64,000 nt of DNA from NCBI GenBank assembly GCA_965240325.2, contig OZ251250.1:496001-560000 (forward strand). Reading direction: 5' to 3'. Shown here piece after piece: positions 11,614 through 21,543 of this stretch. The notes under the pieces are model-generated. The model ran no database searches, was not told the DNA's origin, and saw only the letters and a list, made by a program, of their open reading frames with translations. The translations under genes and the position numbers were made by a program. This DNA is from Rebecca billardiae RCC1528 (taxonomy: Eukaryota > Protista > Haptophyta). How positions within the stretch are numbered: position 1 is the first letter of the stretch; each line of letters opens with the position of its first letter.

Positions 11614-14311
11614 AAATACCACTTATGGGGGCGAAACACCGAGCTGTCGGATGCGAGGCTCCTGGGACGGACAGTGTCTGGTCAGTGGAAAACACTGTAC
11701 GTGGGGGAAGTTTGAATCCGGGAAAGCGGGTAATCTGTCGAGCGCCATCAGTGGCAAAGGAATCACGCACACTCAGGGGGACCATCACTGCACTGTCAGC
11801 CAACACAGTGTGGCGGCTTTGCGCCAAGCAGGGATGAACCCCAAAACCCTGCTCAACGCATGCAGCGATGCTGGGGCCAAGCTATGCTGCTCTGACCCCA
11901 CAACCCCCTGTGTGACTCACAAGAGAGGTGGCCACCCAAATGCGGGTTCTCATGCGCTGGTACAGCTGGCCAACGGAGAGCCAGTGGCAGGCAGAATCAA
12001 GCCCCTTGTGTATGACAGTGTGCTGTCACAAAGGGCAACGCACCTGCAAGCCACCAAGTCCAGCTGTGACTTGGTGGGTGAATGGACTGGCGTGTGGCCA
12101 GAGGCCTCCACTGGCATCCTACGGACCTGGCAGGCCAGCACTGTGCCTGCCTACTACATACTCCACCACGGATATGAGTTCCTGCAGCCGGCTGCCCTGC
12201 GAGACCCGACGTTGTTATCTGTGCGATTCCAGTCCGGGGCTGCATTTAGCGATGCCTGCCCCCTCTGTGATCATACTCCACTGCTACATCCAGCGCCAGA
12301 TACTGAACACCACCTCTTCTCCGAGTGCCCTGAGGTCGATGCCTACCGCGAGGCTGCTGCCAGAAGCATATCGCATATAATTGAGCCCTTCATGCAGGGA
12401 CAGGCTGCAGCATGGAACTTGGCGCGACATGTGTGCTCTGGGGCTGCCCTCTTGGGCAGGGTGCCCCGGAGCACACTGAAGACCACTGTGGGGGGCAACG
12501 TGCATCTCGGCAGGACCATGCACGTGGCCTTACTGAAGGCAGGGCTAGGCATCATGCAGGCCCGCAAGGACGTGGACTCCCAGCTGTCAAAGGCAGGGCG
12601 TCTCCTCCGACATGCCAGGGAGCTTCGGCCGCCGCCTGGGCACGACCAGGGGGGGCAGCCCCCGCCCCCACAGGCACAGGCAGGCCCAGGAGGGGCGATT
12701 GCCATGAATAATCAGTTACAGGGACCACCTGTCATCCAGCAGCAACCCCCTGCCCAGGCTGGCCAGGGCTGGCAGGCAGGCGCGGGGCAGGCCAACCTGC
12801 ACCAGCCAATAGCGCGCGGTCACCACGTGCGCCCTCAGCTACTCTTGCGGGCATGGCCCCTACAGCGTGCTCGCCCCCTCCCTATGGTGATTGCGTGGCC
12901 TCTGCAGCCTGCCACACCTCTTGTGGCATGGCCGCTCCAATATGTTACCCCACTGGCTCGCCGCGATGTGCGTCCGTCGGACAATGTGTTGACACATGGG
13001 GGCCCTGAGATTGAGGCAGACCCTGCTGCGGGCAGTCGCACTGGTCACGGAGCTCACAACGGCATTACACAGTCAGACACTGGACAGCAGGCCACACAGC
13101 CACCTGCTGGCTCTGCCAAGACACTGGCAGCCCCCAGGCGCAGGCTGCCTCCTCCTAGTCAAGCTCAGCAAGACAGCCCCCCGCCCAAACGACACTGCCC
13201 ACCCCACCAGGCAAATGTGCCTATCCTAACACCAACTGGCAGGCAGGCTCAGCCTGCGCAACGAAGTATGCAACCCCCTGCAAAGAGCAGCAGAAAGAGG
13301 CGCGCAAACGACACCTCCCCAGGCGTATTAGCCATCGCCACCACTCTGCTTGCGTCCTACAGCGGCCCACGCCCTGACTTGATGCCCGATATCGCACACA
13401 TGTCTGACATGACACCATCTGCCTCCATAGCAGTGTCACGAGTGAAATACAGGCGCCTCACTGCCAGGACCAGTGGCCCAGACCCCGGCCCAGCTACTGG
13501 GCTCGCTGACAGCCCCCTCCGTTCCCTCCCCCGCGCAGGGATCGGCTAGTGGCTGGCCCTCTGCCCACACTGGGGCGCCCTAGGGGGTGCCCAGTCTGCC
13601 GACTCGGCTCAAACTCGATGATCTCGAATTGCAAGGCAGTGCACTGCTGGTACCTGGGACCACCCCACAGTGTTGGGCTTGTATGCTGTCGGCAATGGCA
13701 TACCCCCGCCCCCTCTGGAGGCGGGCTGTCCACAGCGGAGTGGTGTCAAGGCACTCGGTGTATCGGTCAGTGGTCATGAGGTTGGGTGAGGGTGGTGGTT
13801 GGTTGGGGGCTGGCCAGGGTAGGGCTGGAGGCTTCGGCCGCCAGTCTGATCACCCGGAGCCCGTTATTCTGGAAACCCACGAGAACAAAGGCACGACTTC
13901 ACGCTGGGGACCAGCCCGTCGCACCCCTTTTTTTGACGCCCCACTCACCACCGGCCTACTATTAACTTCGGCCACAACATCACCCACCAGCTGCTGACCA
14001 AGAACAGGCTACACCATCGTCCACCATGACCTGCCACTGACCAAGTAGGCGACGACATCATCCGCACCAGCTGCTGACCAAGTAGGGGACGGCCTGGCCG
14101 ACGCCAACATGCTCACTCGCCTTTGATTTCGTACCCATGCACTTCCTGGTGGGCCTGACGACGTCCGGACGACGACAACAACGACATCCGCCATGGGGAC
14201 CAACATCAACGCGCTCACACCACTGCCACTGCTGCAAGCTTCGACCAGTACCACTACAGACGAATCAGGAGAGCTGCGCCCTCGTGCCTGTGTCTTTAAA
14301 TCATAGAATTA
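11614..14311 (+). mobile_element. 5'-truncated non-LTR retrotransposon (ORF2 C-terminus plus 3' UTR)
   Basis: ORF ending 13549 contains CPLC-x11-HHLFSECP, the CCHC/zf-RVT-like motif found downstream of LINE RT, then a Pro/Gln-rich tail. No RT motif is present. Homology to the paralogous flank (31021-31032) stops at 11613. Ends tctttaaatcatagaatt. Confidence 0.72.
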
Positions 14312-15425
14312 GTCTGTCTGTCGCCGGGTCACATAAGCGCAATTCGCGTACCCACTTACGCGCTCGATAGGACAAAAGCCGCTCGTCGTTCGGTCAAAAG
14401 CCGCTCGTCGTTCGGCGGTTTGCGTACTCACATTCGCGCGAATCGCATCGGCCCATTCGTCGTGTCGCGAGTTCACACTTCACATTCACACGATCCGTCA
14501 CTTTCTCGCTAGACATTTCACGAGCAGAGGGGCGCGCTGATATTGGCACGCGGGTATCATCTTGCATTGGACTACGAGCATCGGAGCAACCGCGCCTCGC
14601 ATCGACGAGTCCCGTCCGAAGGACGACAAGGCCGAGAGCCCACGCCATTCCAAGGGTCGCCCTTGCGATTGACGTCTCGTTCGGTCGCGCGACGAGCGGC
14701 TCGCGTGCGGCGCCAAGCGAGAGACGCGGGGCGCGCGGCGGGCGCACGCGCGAGGCTGCCCACCACGCGCACGCGCGCGACCCCGCCGGCTCGGGCGACA
14801 CGCCGCTGCCTCAGCTCGAGCACGAGCGCGAGGCGTGGCGCCGGCTCGGTGGGCGGCGGACGGCTCGACCTGCACTGCGGTGCCAGCGGATGAAGCGGCA
14901 AGCCCGGCGGGCGCATACGCGCAGGTCCGCCCTCCACGCGCGAGCGCGCGACTGCGTGTTCCACGAGCTGCAGCAGGCGGCCGCGGGCTGGTCGGCGGCC
15001 GGCGAGGTCGGCGGAGTGCCGCCCGGCCCGCGTTCTCGCTTGGGCGCGGGCCACACTCTCACTCACAGCGCGGGGCGTGGTGCTGCGGACGGGCCAGTCA
15101 TTGCAGCGCGCACTCCGTGGTCAGACGTGCACACGCGCGCGCGTCGTCAGCCCCGCCGCTGCGCCCCTGTGGCGCCGTTGGCAGCGTCGGAATTCCGAGC
15201 TCGGGCTACCGGCCCGGCGTGCCATCATGCGTTTCAGAAACAGGTTTCCAGCCCAAGTTGACGCGCAGCGCCAACCCATATTTAAAAAAAAAAAACTGGT
15301 ACGTCGTACAGGGGAAGTGACGTTCGAGTCTGAAAAGCGTCGGCGTGGGTGCTCGTCAACTCGAGGCGCGCGCGACGGCGGGCGCGGCCAGGGTCGTGGT
15401 CGCCTTCCCAGCCAAGCTGGCCGGC

Positions 15426-17048
15426 ATGGTCGGCCTGAAGCACCGCAAGTGCGATCACACGGGCTGCACCACGCGGCCTTACTTCGGCATGCCGGGTGAC
15501 GCGCGTGCCAGCCGGTGCGCTGCGCACAAGCTGGCCGGCATGGTCGACCTGAAGCACCCCAAGTGCGATCACACGGGCTGCACCGCGGGGCCTTCATTCG
15601 GCATGCCGGGTGACGCGCGTGCCAGCCGGTGCGCTGCGCACAAGCTGGCCGGCATGGTCGACCTGAAGAGCCGCAAGTGCGATCACACGGGCTGCACCAC
15701 GCAGCCTGCGTTCGGCATGCCGGGTGACGCGCGTGCCAGCCGGTGCGCTGCGCACAAGCTGGCCGGCATGGTCGACCTGAAGAACCCCAAGTGCGATCAC
15801 ACGGGCTGCACCACGCGGTCTGCATTCGGCATGCCGGGCGACGCGCGCGCCAGCCGGTGCGCTGCGCACAAGCTGGCAGGCATGGTCGACCTGAAGCACC
15901 CCAAGTGCGATCACACAGGCTGCACCACGGGGCCTTCATTCGGCATGCCGGGAGACGCGCGCGCCAGCCGGTGCGCTGCGCACAAGCTGGCCGGCATGGT
16001 CGACCTGAAGCACCCTGAGTGCGATCACACGGGCTGCACCACGCAGCCTGCGTTCGGCATGCCGGGCGACGCGCGTGCCAACCGGTGCGCTGCGCACAAG
16101 CTGGCCGGCATGGTCGACCTGAACAGCCGCAAGTGCGATCACACGGGCTGCACCACGCGGCCTTACTTCGGCATGGCGGGTGACGCGCGCGCCAGCCGGT
16201 GCGCTGCGCACAAGCTGGCCGGCATGGTCGACCTGAACAGCCGCAAGTGCGATCACACGGGCTGCACCACGCGGCCTTACTTCGGCATGGCGGGTGACGC
16301 GCGCGCCAGCCGGTGCGCTGCGCACAAGCTGGCCGGCATGGTCGACCTGAAGAGCCCCAAGTGCGATCACACGGGCTGCACCACGCGGCCTTCATTCGGC
16401 ATGGCGGGTGACGCGCGTGCCAGCCGGTGCGCTGCGCACAAGCTGGCCGGCATGGTCGACCTGAAGCACCCCAAGTGCGATCACACGGGCTGCACCAAGG
16501 AGCCTTCATTCGGCATGCCGGGTGACGCGCGCGCCAGCCGGTGCGCTGCGCACAAGCTGGCAGGCATGGTCGACCTGAAGCACCCTGAGTGCGATCACAC
16601 GGGCTGCACCACGCAGCCTTACTACGGCATGCCGGGTGACGCGCGTGCCAGCCGGTGCGCTGCGCACAAGCTGGCCGGCATGGTCGACCTGAAGAACCCC
16701 AAGTGCGATCACACGGGCTGCACCACGCGGCCTTTATTCGGCATGCCGGGTGACGCGCGCGCCAGCCGTTGCTCGGCGCACAAGCTGGCCGGCATGAAGA
16801 GCCTTCGGAGTGGTGCGCACAAGCGCGGGCTGCCGCAAGACATGAAGAGCCCCAACCAAGTGACGAGCGCCGCCAAGCGACAGCGGAAGCGCGCCAGCAG
16901 CACAGCCACTGCTCCGGACGTTGTGGCAGCGCGGCGGCCGCGATCATCGCAGCTGCCGCAGCTGGTCACAGCCAGCGTCGTCTCGACGCCGTCGTGTGAA
17001 CGACCCGTGGTGATGGCCAGGCGTGTGACCGGGGGGAGCCGGGCCTGA
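15426..17048 (+). CDS. EsV-1-7-like repeat protein, copy 2 (12 repeats)
   Basis: ORF 15345-17048, first ATG 15426; tail type KSLRSGAH. Confidence 0.8.
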   Translation: MVGLKHRKCDHTGCTTRPYFGMPGDARASRCAAHKLAGMVDLKHPKCDHTGCTAGPSFGMPGDARASRCAAHKLAGMVDLKSRKCDHTGCTTQPAFGMPGDARASRCAAHKLAGMVDLKNPKCDHTGCTTRSAFGMPGDARASRCAAHKLAGMVDLKHPKCDHTGCTTGPSFGMPGDARASRCAAHKLAGMVDLKHPECDHTGCTTQPAFGMPGDARANRCAAHKLAGMVDLNSRKCDHTGCTTRPYFGMAGDARASRCAAHKLAGMVDLNSRKCDHTGCTTRPYFGMAGDARASRCAAHKLAGMVDLKSPKCDHTGCTTRPSFGMAGDARASRCAAHKLAGMVDLKHPKCDHTGCTKEPSFGMPGDARASRCAAHKLAGMVDLKHPECDHTGCTTQPYYGMPGDARASRCAAHKLAGMVDLKNPKCDHTGCTTRPLFGMPGDARASRCSAHKLAGMKSLRSGAHKRGLPQDMKSPNQVTSAAKRQRKRASSTATAPDVVAARRPRSSQLPQLVTASVVSTPSCERPVVMARRVTGGSRA

Positions 17049-17414
17049 GCAGCAGCATCACAGCTGCGTCGTCGTCAGGACGGCAAGGGCACCCGGCACC
17101 GTACTAGGTAATCTCGCCTGCCTGAGCTGTGTGCGTCTCTTAGTCTTAGTAAACTGTAGGGCTGTCATCATTTGTCAACCGTCCCTGAGTCTCTGGACTG
17201 TGATGTGACTCTTGATCACCGGTCTGACCGGAGGACTCACGGACAAGGTGAGCTGTGCGGCCGGAGCGACGGCGATATCGAGCCGATACCGTCGTACAAG
17301 GGGAAGTGACGTTCGAGTCTGAAAAGCGTCGGCGTGGGTGCTCGTCAACTCGAGGCGCGCGCGACGGCGGGCGAGGCCAGGGTCGTGGTCGGCTTCCCAG
17401 CCAAGCTGGCCGGC

Positions 17415-18356
17415 ATGGTCGGCCTGAAGAGCCGCAAGTGCGATCACACGGGCTGCACCACGCGGCCTCACTTCGGCATGCCGGGTGACGCGCGTGCCAG
17501 CCGGTGCGCTGCGCACAAGCTGGCCGGCATGGTCGACCTGAAGCACCCCAAGTGCGATCACACGGGCTGCACCACGCAGCCTTACTACGGCATGCCGGGT
17601 GACGCGCGTGCCAGCCGGTGCGCTGCGCACAAGCTGGCCGGCATGGTCGACCTGAAGCACCCCAAATGCGATCACACGGGCTGCACCACGCGGCCTCACT
17701 TCGGCATGCCGGGCGACATGCGCGCCAGGCGGTGCGCTGCGCACAAGCTGGCCGGCATGGTCGACCTGAAGCACCCCAAGTGCGATCACACGGGCTGCAC
17801 CGCGGGGCCTTCATTTGGCATGCCGGGTGACGCGCGCGCCAGCCGGTGCGCTGCGCACAAGCTGGCCGGCATGGTCGACCTGAAGCACCCCAAGTGCGAT
17901 CACACGGGCTGCACCGCGGGGCCTTCATTCGGCATGGCGGGTGACGCGCGTGCCAGCCGGTGCGCTGCGCACAAGCTGGCCGGCATGGTCGACCTGAAGA
18001 ACCCCAAGTGCGATCACACGGGCTGCACCATGCGGCCTTCATTCGGCATGGCAGGCGACGCGCGCGCCAGCCGGTGCGCTGCGCACAAGCTGGCAGGCAT
18101 GAAAAGCCATCGGAGTTCAGGTCGGCACACGCGCGGGCTGCAGCAAGACATGAAGAGCCCCAACGAAGTGACGAGTGCCGCCAAGCGACAGCGGAAGCGC
18201 GCCAGCAGCACAGCCACTGCTCCGGACGTTGTGGCAGCGCGGCGGCCGCGATCATCGCAGCTGCCGCAGCTGGTCACAGCCAGCGTCGTCTCGACGCCGT
18301 CGTGTGAACGACCCGTGGTGATGGCCAGGCGGGTGACCGGGGGGAGCCGGGCCTGA
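17415..18356 (+). CDS. EsV-1-7-like repeat protein, copy 3 (6 repeats)
   Basis: ORF 17334-18356, first ATG 17415; tail type KSHRSSGRH. Confidence 0.8.
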   Translation: MVGLKSRKCDHTGCTTRPHFGMPGDARASRCAAHKLAGMVDLKHPKCDHTGCTTQPYYGMPGDARASRCAAHKLAGMVDLKHPKCDHTGCTTRPHFGMPGDMRARRCAAHKLAGMVDLKHPKCDHTGCTAGPSFGMPGDARASRCAAHKLAGMVDLKHPKCDHTGCTAGPSFGMAGDARASRCAAHKLAGMVDLKNPKCDHTGCTMRPSFGMAGDARASRCAAHKLAGMKSHRSSGRHTRGLQQDMKSPNEVTSAAKRQRKRASSTATAPDVVAARRPRSSQLPQLVTASVVSTPSCERPVVMARRVTGGSRA

Positions 18357-18693
18357 GCAGCAGCATCACAGCTGCGTCGTCGTCAGGACGGCAAGGGCAC
18401 CCGGCACCGTAAGGTAATCTCGCCTGCCTGAGCTGTGTGCGTCTCTCAGTCTTCGTAAACTGTAGGGCTGTCATTTGTCAACCGTCCCTGAGTCTCTGGA
18501 CTCTGACTCTCACCGGAGGACTTCACGGACACGGTGCGCGGCCGGAGCGCGGCGATATCGAGGACACCGTCGTACAGGGGAAGTGACGTTCGAGTCTGAA
18601 AAGCGTCGGCGTGGCGGTGCTCGTCAACTCGAGGCGCGCGCGACGGCGGGCGCGGCCAGGGTCGTGGTCGCCTTCCCAGCCAAGCTGGCCGGC

Positions 18694-19695
18694 ATGGTCG
18701 GCCTGAAGCACCGCAAGTGCGATCACACGGGCTGCACCACGCGGCCTTACTTCGGCATGCCGGGCGACATGCGTGCCAGCCGGTGCGCTGCGCACAAGCT
18801 GGCCGGCATGGTCGACCTGAAGAGCCGCAAGTGCGATCACACGGGCTGCACCACGCAGCCTGCGTTCGGCATGCCGGGTGACGCGCGTGCCAGCCGGTGC
18901 GCTGCGCACAAGCTGGCCGGCATGGTCGACCTGAAGCACCCCAAGTGCGATCACACGGGCTGCACCACGCGGCCTTCATTCGGCATGGCGGGTGACGCGC
19001 GTGCCAGCCGGTGCGCTGCGCACAAGCTGGCCGGCATGGTCGACCTGAAGCACCCCAAGTGCGATCACACGGGCTGCACCAAGGAGCCTTCATTCGGCAT
19101 GCCGGGTGACGCGCGCGCCAGCCGGTGCGCTGCGCACAAGCTGGCAGGCATGGTCGACCTGAAGCACCCTGAGTGCGATCACACGGGCTGCACCACGCAG
19201 CCTTACTACGGCATGCCGGGTGACGCGCGTGCCAGCCGGTGCGCTGCGCACAAGCTGGCCGGCATGGTCGACCTGAAGAACCCCAAGTGCGATCACACGG
19301 GCTGCACCACGCGGCCTTTATTCGGCATGCCGGGTGACGCGCGCGCCAGCCGTTGCTCGGCGCACAAGCTGGCCGGCATGAAGAGCCTTCGGAGTGGTGC
19401 GCACAAGCGCGGGCTGCCGCAAGACATGAAGAGCCCCAACCAAGTGACGAGCGCCGCCAAGCGACAGCGGAAGCGCGCCAGCAGCACAGCCACTGCTCCG
19501 GACGTTGTGGCAGCGCGGCGGCCGCGATCATCGCAGCTGCCGCAGCTGGTCACAGCCAGCGTCGTCTCGACGCCGTCGTGTGAACGACCCGTGGTGATGG
19601 CCAGGCGTGTGACCGGGGGGAGGCGGGAGCCGGGCCTGAGCAGCAGCATCACAGCTGCGTCGTCGTCAGGACGGCAAGGGCACCCGGCACCGTAA
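18694..19695 (+). CDS. EsV-1-7-like repeat protein, copy 4 (6 repeats; 7-bp insertion near 19621 extends the C-terminus)
   Basis: ORF 18475-19695, first ATG 18694; reads gaccggggggaggcgggagccgg where other copies read gaccggggggagccgg. Confidence 0.78.
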   Translation: MVGLKHRKCDHTGCTTRPYFGMPGDMRASRCAAHKLAGMVDLKSRKCDHTGCTTQPAFGMPGDARASRCAAHKLAGMVDLKHPKCDHTGCTTRPSFGMAGDARASRCAAHKLAGMVDLKHPKCDHTGCTKEPSFGMPGDARASRCAAHKLAGMVDLKHPECDHTGCTTQPYYGMPGDARASRCAAHKLAGMVDLKNPKCDHTGCTTRPLFGMPGDARASRCSAHKLAGMKSLRSGAHKRGLPQDMKSPNQVTSAAKRQRKRASSTATAPDVVAARRPRSSQLPQLVTASVVSTPSCERPVVMARRVTGGRREPGLSSSITAASSSGRQGHPAP

Positions 19696-19993
19696 GGTAA
19701 TCTCGCCTGCCTGAGCTGTGTGCGTCTCTTAGTCTTAGTAAACTGTAGGGCTGTCATTTGTCAACGTGACCGTCCCTGAGTCTCTGGACTGACTCTCAGT
19801 CTCACCGGAGGACTTCACGGGTGGACGGTGGTGCGGCCGGAGCGCCGGCGATACCGAGGATAGTGGATACGTCGTACAGGGGAAGTGACGTTCGAGTCTG
19901 AAAAGCGTCGGCGTGGGTGCTCGTCAACTCGAGGCGCGCGCGACGGCGGGCGCGGCCAGGGTCGTGGTCGCCTTCCCAGCCAAGCTGGCCGGC

Positions 19994-21388
19994 ATGGTCG
20001 GCCTGAAGCACCGCAAGTGCGATCACACGGGCTGCACCACGCGGCCTTACTTCGGCATGCCGGGTGACGCGCGTGCCAGCCGGTGCGCTGCGCACAAGCT
20101 GGCCGGCATGGTCGACCTGAAGAGCCGCAAGTGCGATCACACGGGCTGCACCGCGGGGCCTGCGTTCGGCATGCCGGGTGACGCGCGTGCCAGCCGGTGC
20201 GCTGCGCACAAGCTGGCCGGCATGGTCGACCTGAAGAACCCCAAGTGCGATCACACGGGCTGCACCACGCGGTCTTCATTCGGCATGCCTGGCGACGCGC
20301 GCGCCAGCCGGTGCGCTGCGCACAAGCTGGCAGGCATGGTCGACCTGAAGCACCCCAAGTGCGATCACACGGGCTGCACCACGCGGCCTTCATTCGGCAT
20401 GCCGGGCGACGCGCGCGCCAGCCGGTGCGCTGCGCACAAGCTGGCCGGCATGGTCGACCTGAAGCACCCTGAGTGCGATCACACGGGCTGCACCACGCAG
20501 CCTCACTTCGGCATGCCGGGAGACGCGCGCGCCAGCCGGTGCGCTGCGCACAAGCTGGCCGGCATGGTTGACCTGAAGCACCCCGAGTGCGATCACACGG
20601 GCTGCACCACGCAGCCTCACTTCGGCATGCCGGGCGACGCGCGTGCCAGCCGGTGCGCTGCGCACAAGCTGGCCGGCATGGTCGACCTGAAGAGCCGCAA
20701 GTGCGATCACACGGGCTGCACCACGCAGCCTGCGTTCGGCATGCCGGGTGACGCGCGTGCCAGCCGGTGCGCTGCGCACAAGCTGGCCGGCATGGTCGAC
20801 CTGAAGAGCCGCAAGTGCGATCACACGGGCTGCACCACGCAGCCTGCGTTCGGCATGCCGGGCGACGCGCGTGCCAGCCGGTGCGCTGCGCACAAGCTGG
20901 CCGGCATGGTCGACCTGAAGCACCCCAAGTGCGATCACACGGGCTGCACCACGCGGCCTTCATTCGGTATGGCAGGCGACGCGCGCGCCAGCCGGTGCGC
21001 TGCGCACAAGCTGGCCGGCATGGTCGACCTGAAGAACCCCAAGTGCGATCACACGGGCTGCACCACGCGGCCTTTATTCGGCATGCCGGGTGACGCGCGC
21101 GCCAGCCGTTGCTCGGCGCACAAGCTGGCCGGCATGAAGAGCCTTCGGAGTGGTGCGCACAAGCGCGGGCTGCCGCAAGACATGAAGAGCCCCAACCAAG
21201 TGACGAGCGCCGCCAAGCGACAGCGGAAGCGCGCCAGCAGCACAGCCACTGCTCCGGACGTTGTGGCAGCGCGGCGGCCGCGATCATCGCAGCTGCCGCA
21301 GCTGGTCACAGCCAGCGTCGTCTCGACGCCGTCGTGTGAACGACCCGTGGTGATGGCCAGGCGGGTGACCGGGGGGAGCCGGGCCTGA
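19994..21388 (+). CDS. EsV-1-7-like repeat protein, copy 5 (10 repeats)
   Basis: ORF 19913-21388, first ATG 19994; tail type KSLRSGAH. Confidence 0.8.
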   Translation: MVGLKHRKCDHTGCTTRPYFGMPGDARASRCAAHKLAGMVDLKSRKCDHTGCTAGPAFGMPGDARASRCAAHKLAGMVDLKNPKCDHTGCTTRSSFGMPGDARASRCAAHKLAGMVDLKHPKCDHTGCTTRPSFGMPGDARASRCAAHKLAGMVDLKHPECDHTGCTTQPHFGMPGDARASRCAAHKLAGMVDLKHPECDHTGCTTQPHFGMPGDARASRCAAHKLAGMVDLKSRKCDHTGCTTQPAFGMPGDARASRCAAHKLAGMVDLKSRKCDHTGCTTQPAFGMPGDARASRCAAHKLAGMVDLKHPKCDHTGCTTRPSFGMAGDARASRCAAHKLAGMVDLKNPKCDHTGCTTRPLFGMPGDARASRCSAHKLAGMKSLRSGAHKRGLPQDMKSPNQVTSAAKRQRKRASSTATAPDVVAARRPRSSQLPQLVTASVVSTPSCERPVVMARRVTGGSRA

Positions 21389-21543
21389 GCAGCAGCATCA
21401 CAGCTGCGTCGTCGTCAGGACGGCAAGGGCACCCGGCACCGTAAGGTAATCTCGCCTGCCTGAGCTGTGTGCGTCTCTTAGTCTTATTAGTAAACTGTAG
21501 GGCTGTCATTTGTCAACCGTGACCGTCCCTGAGTCTCTGGACT

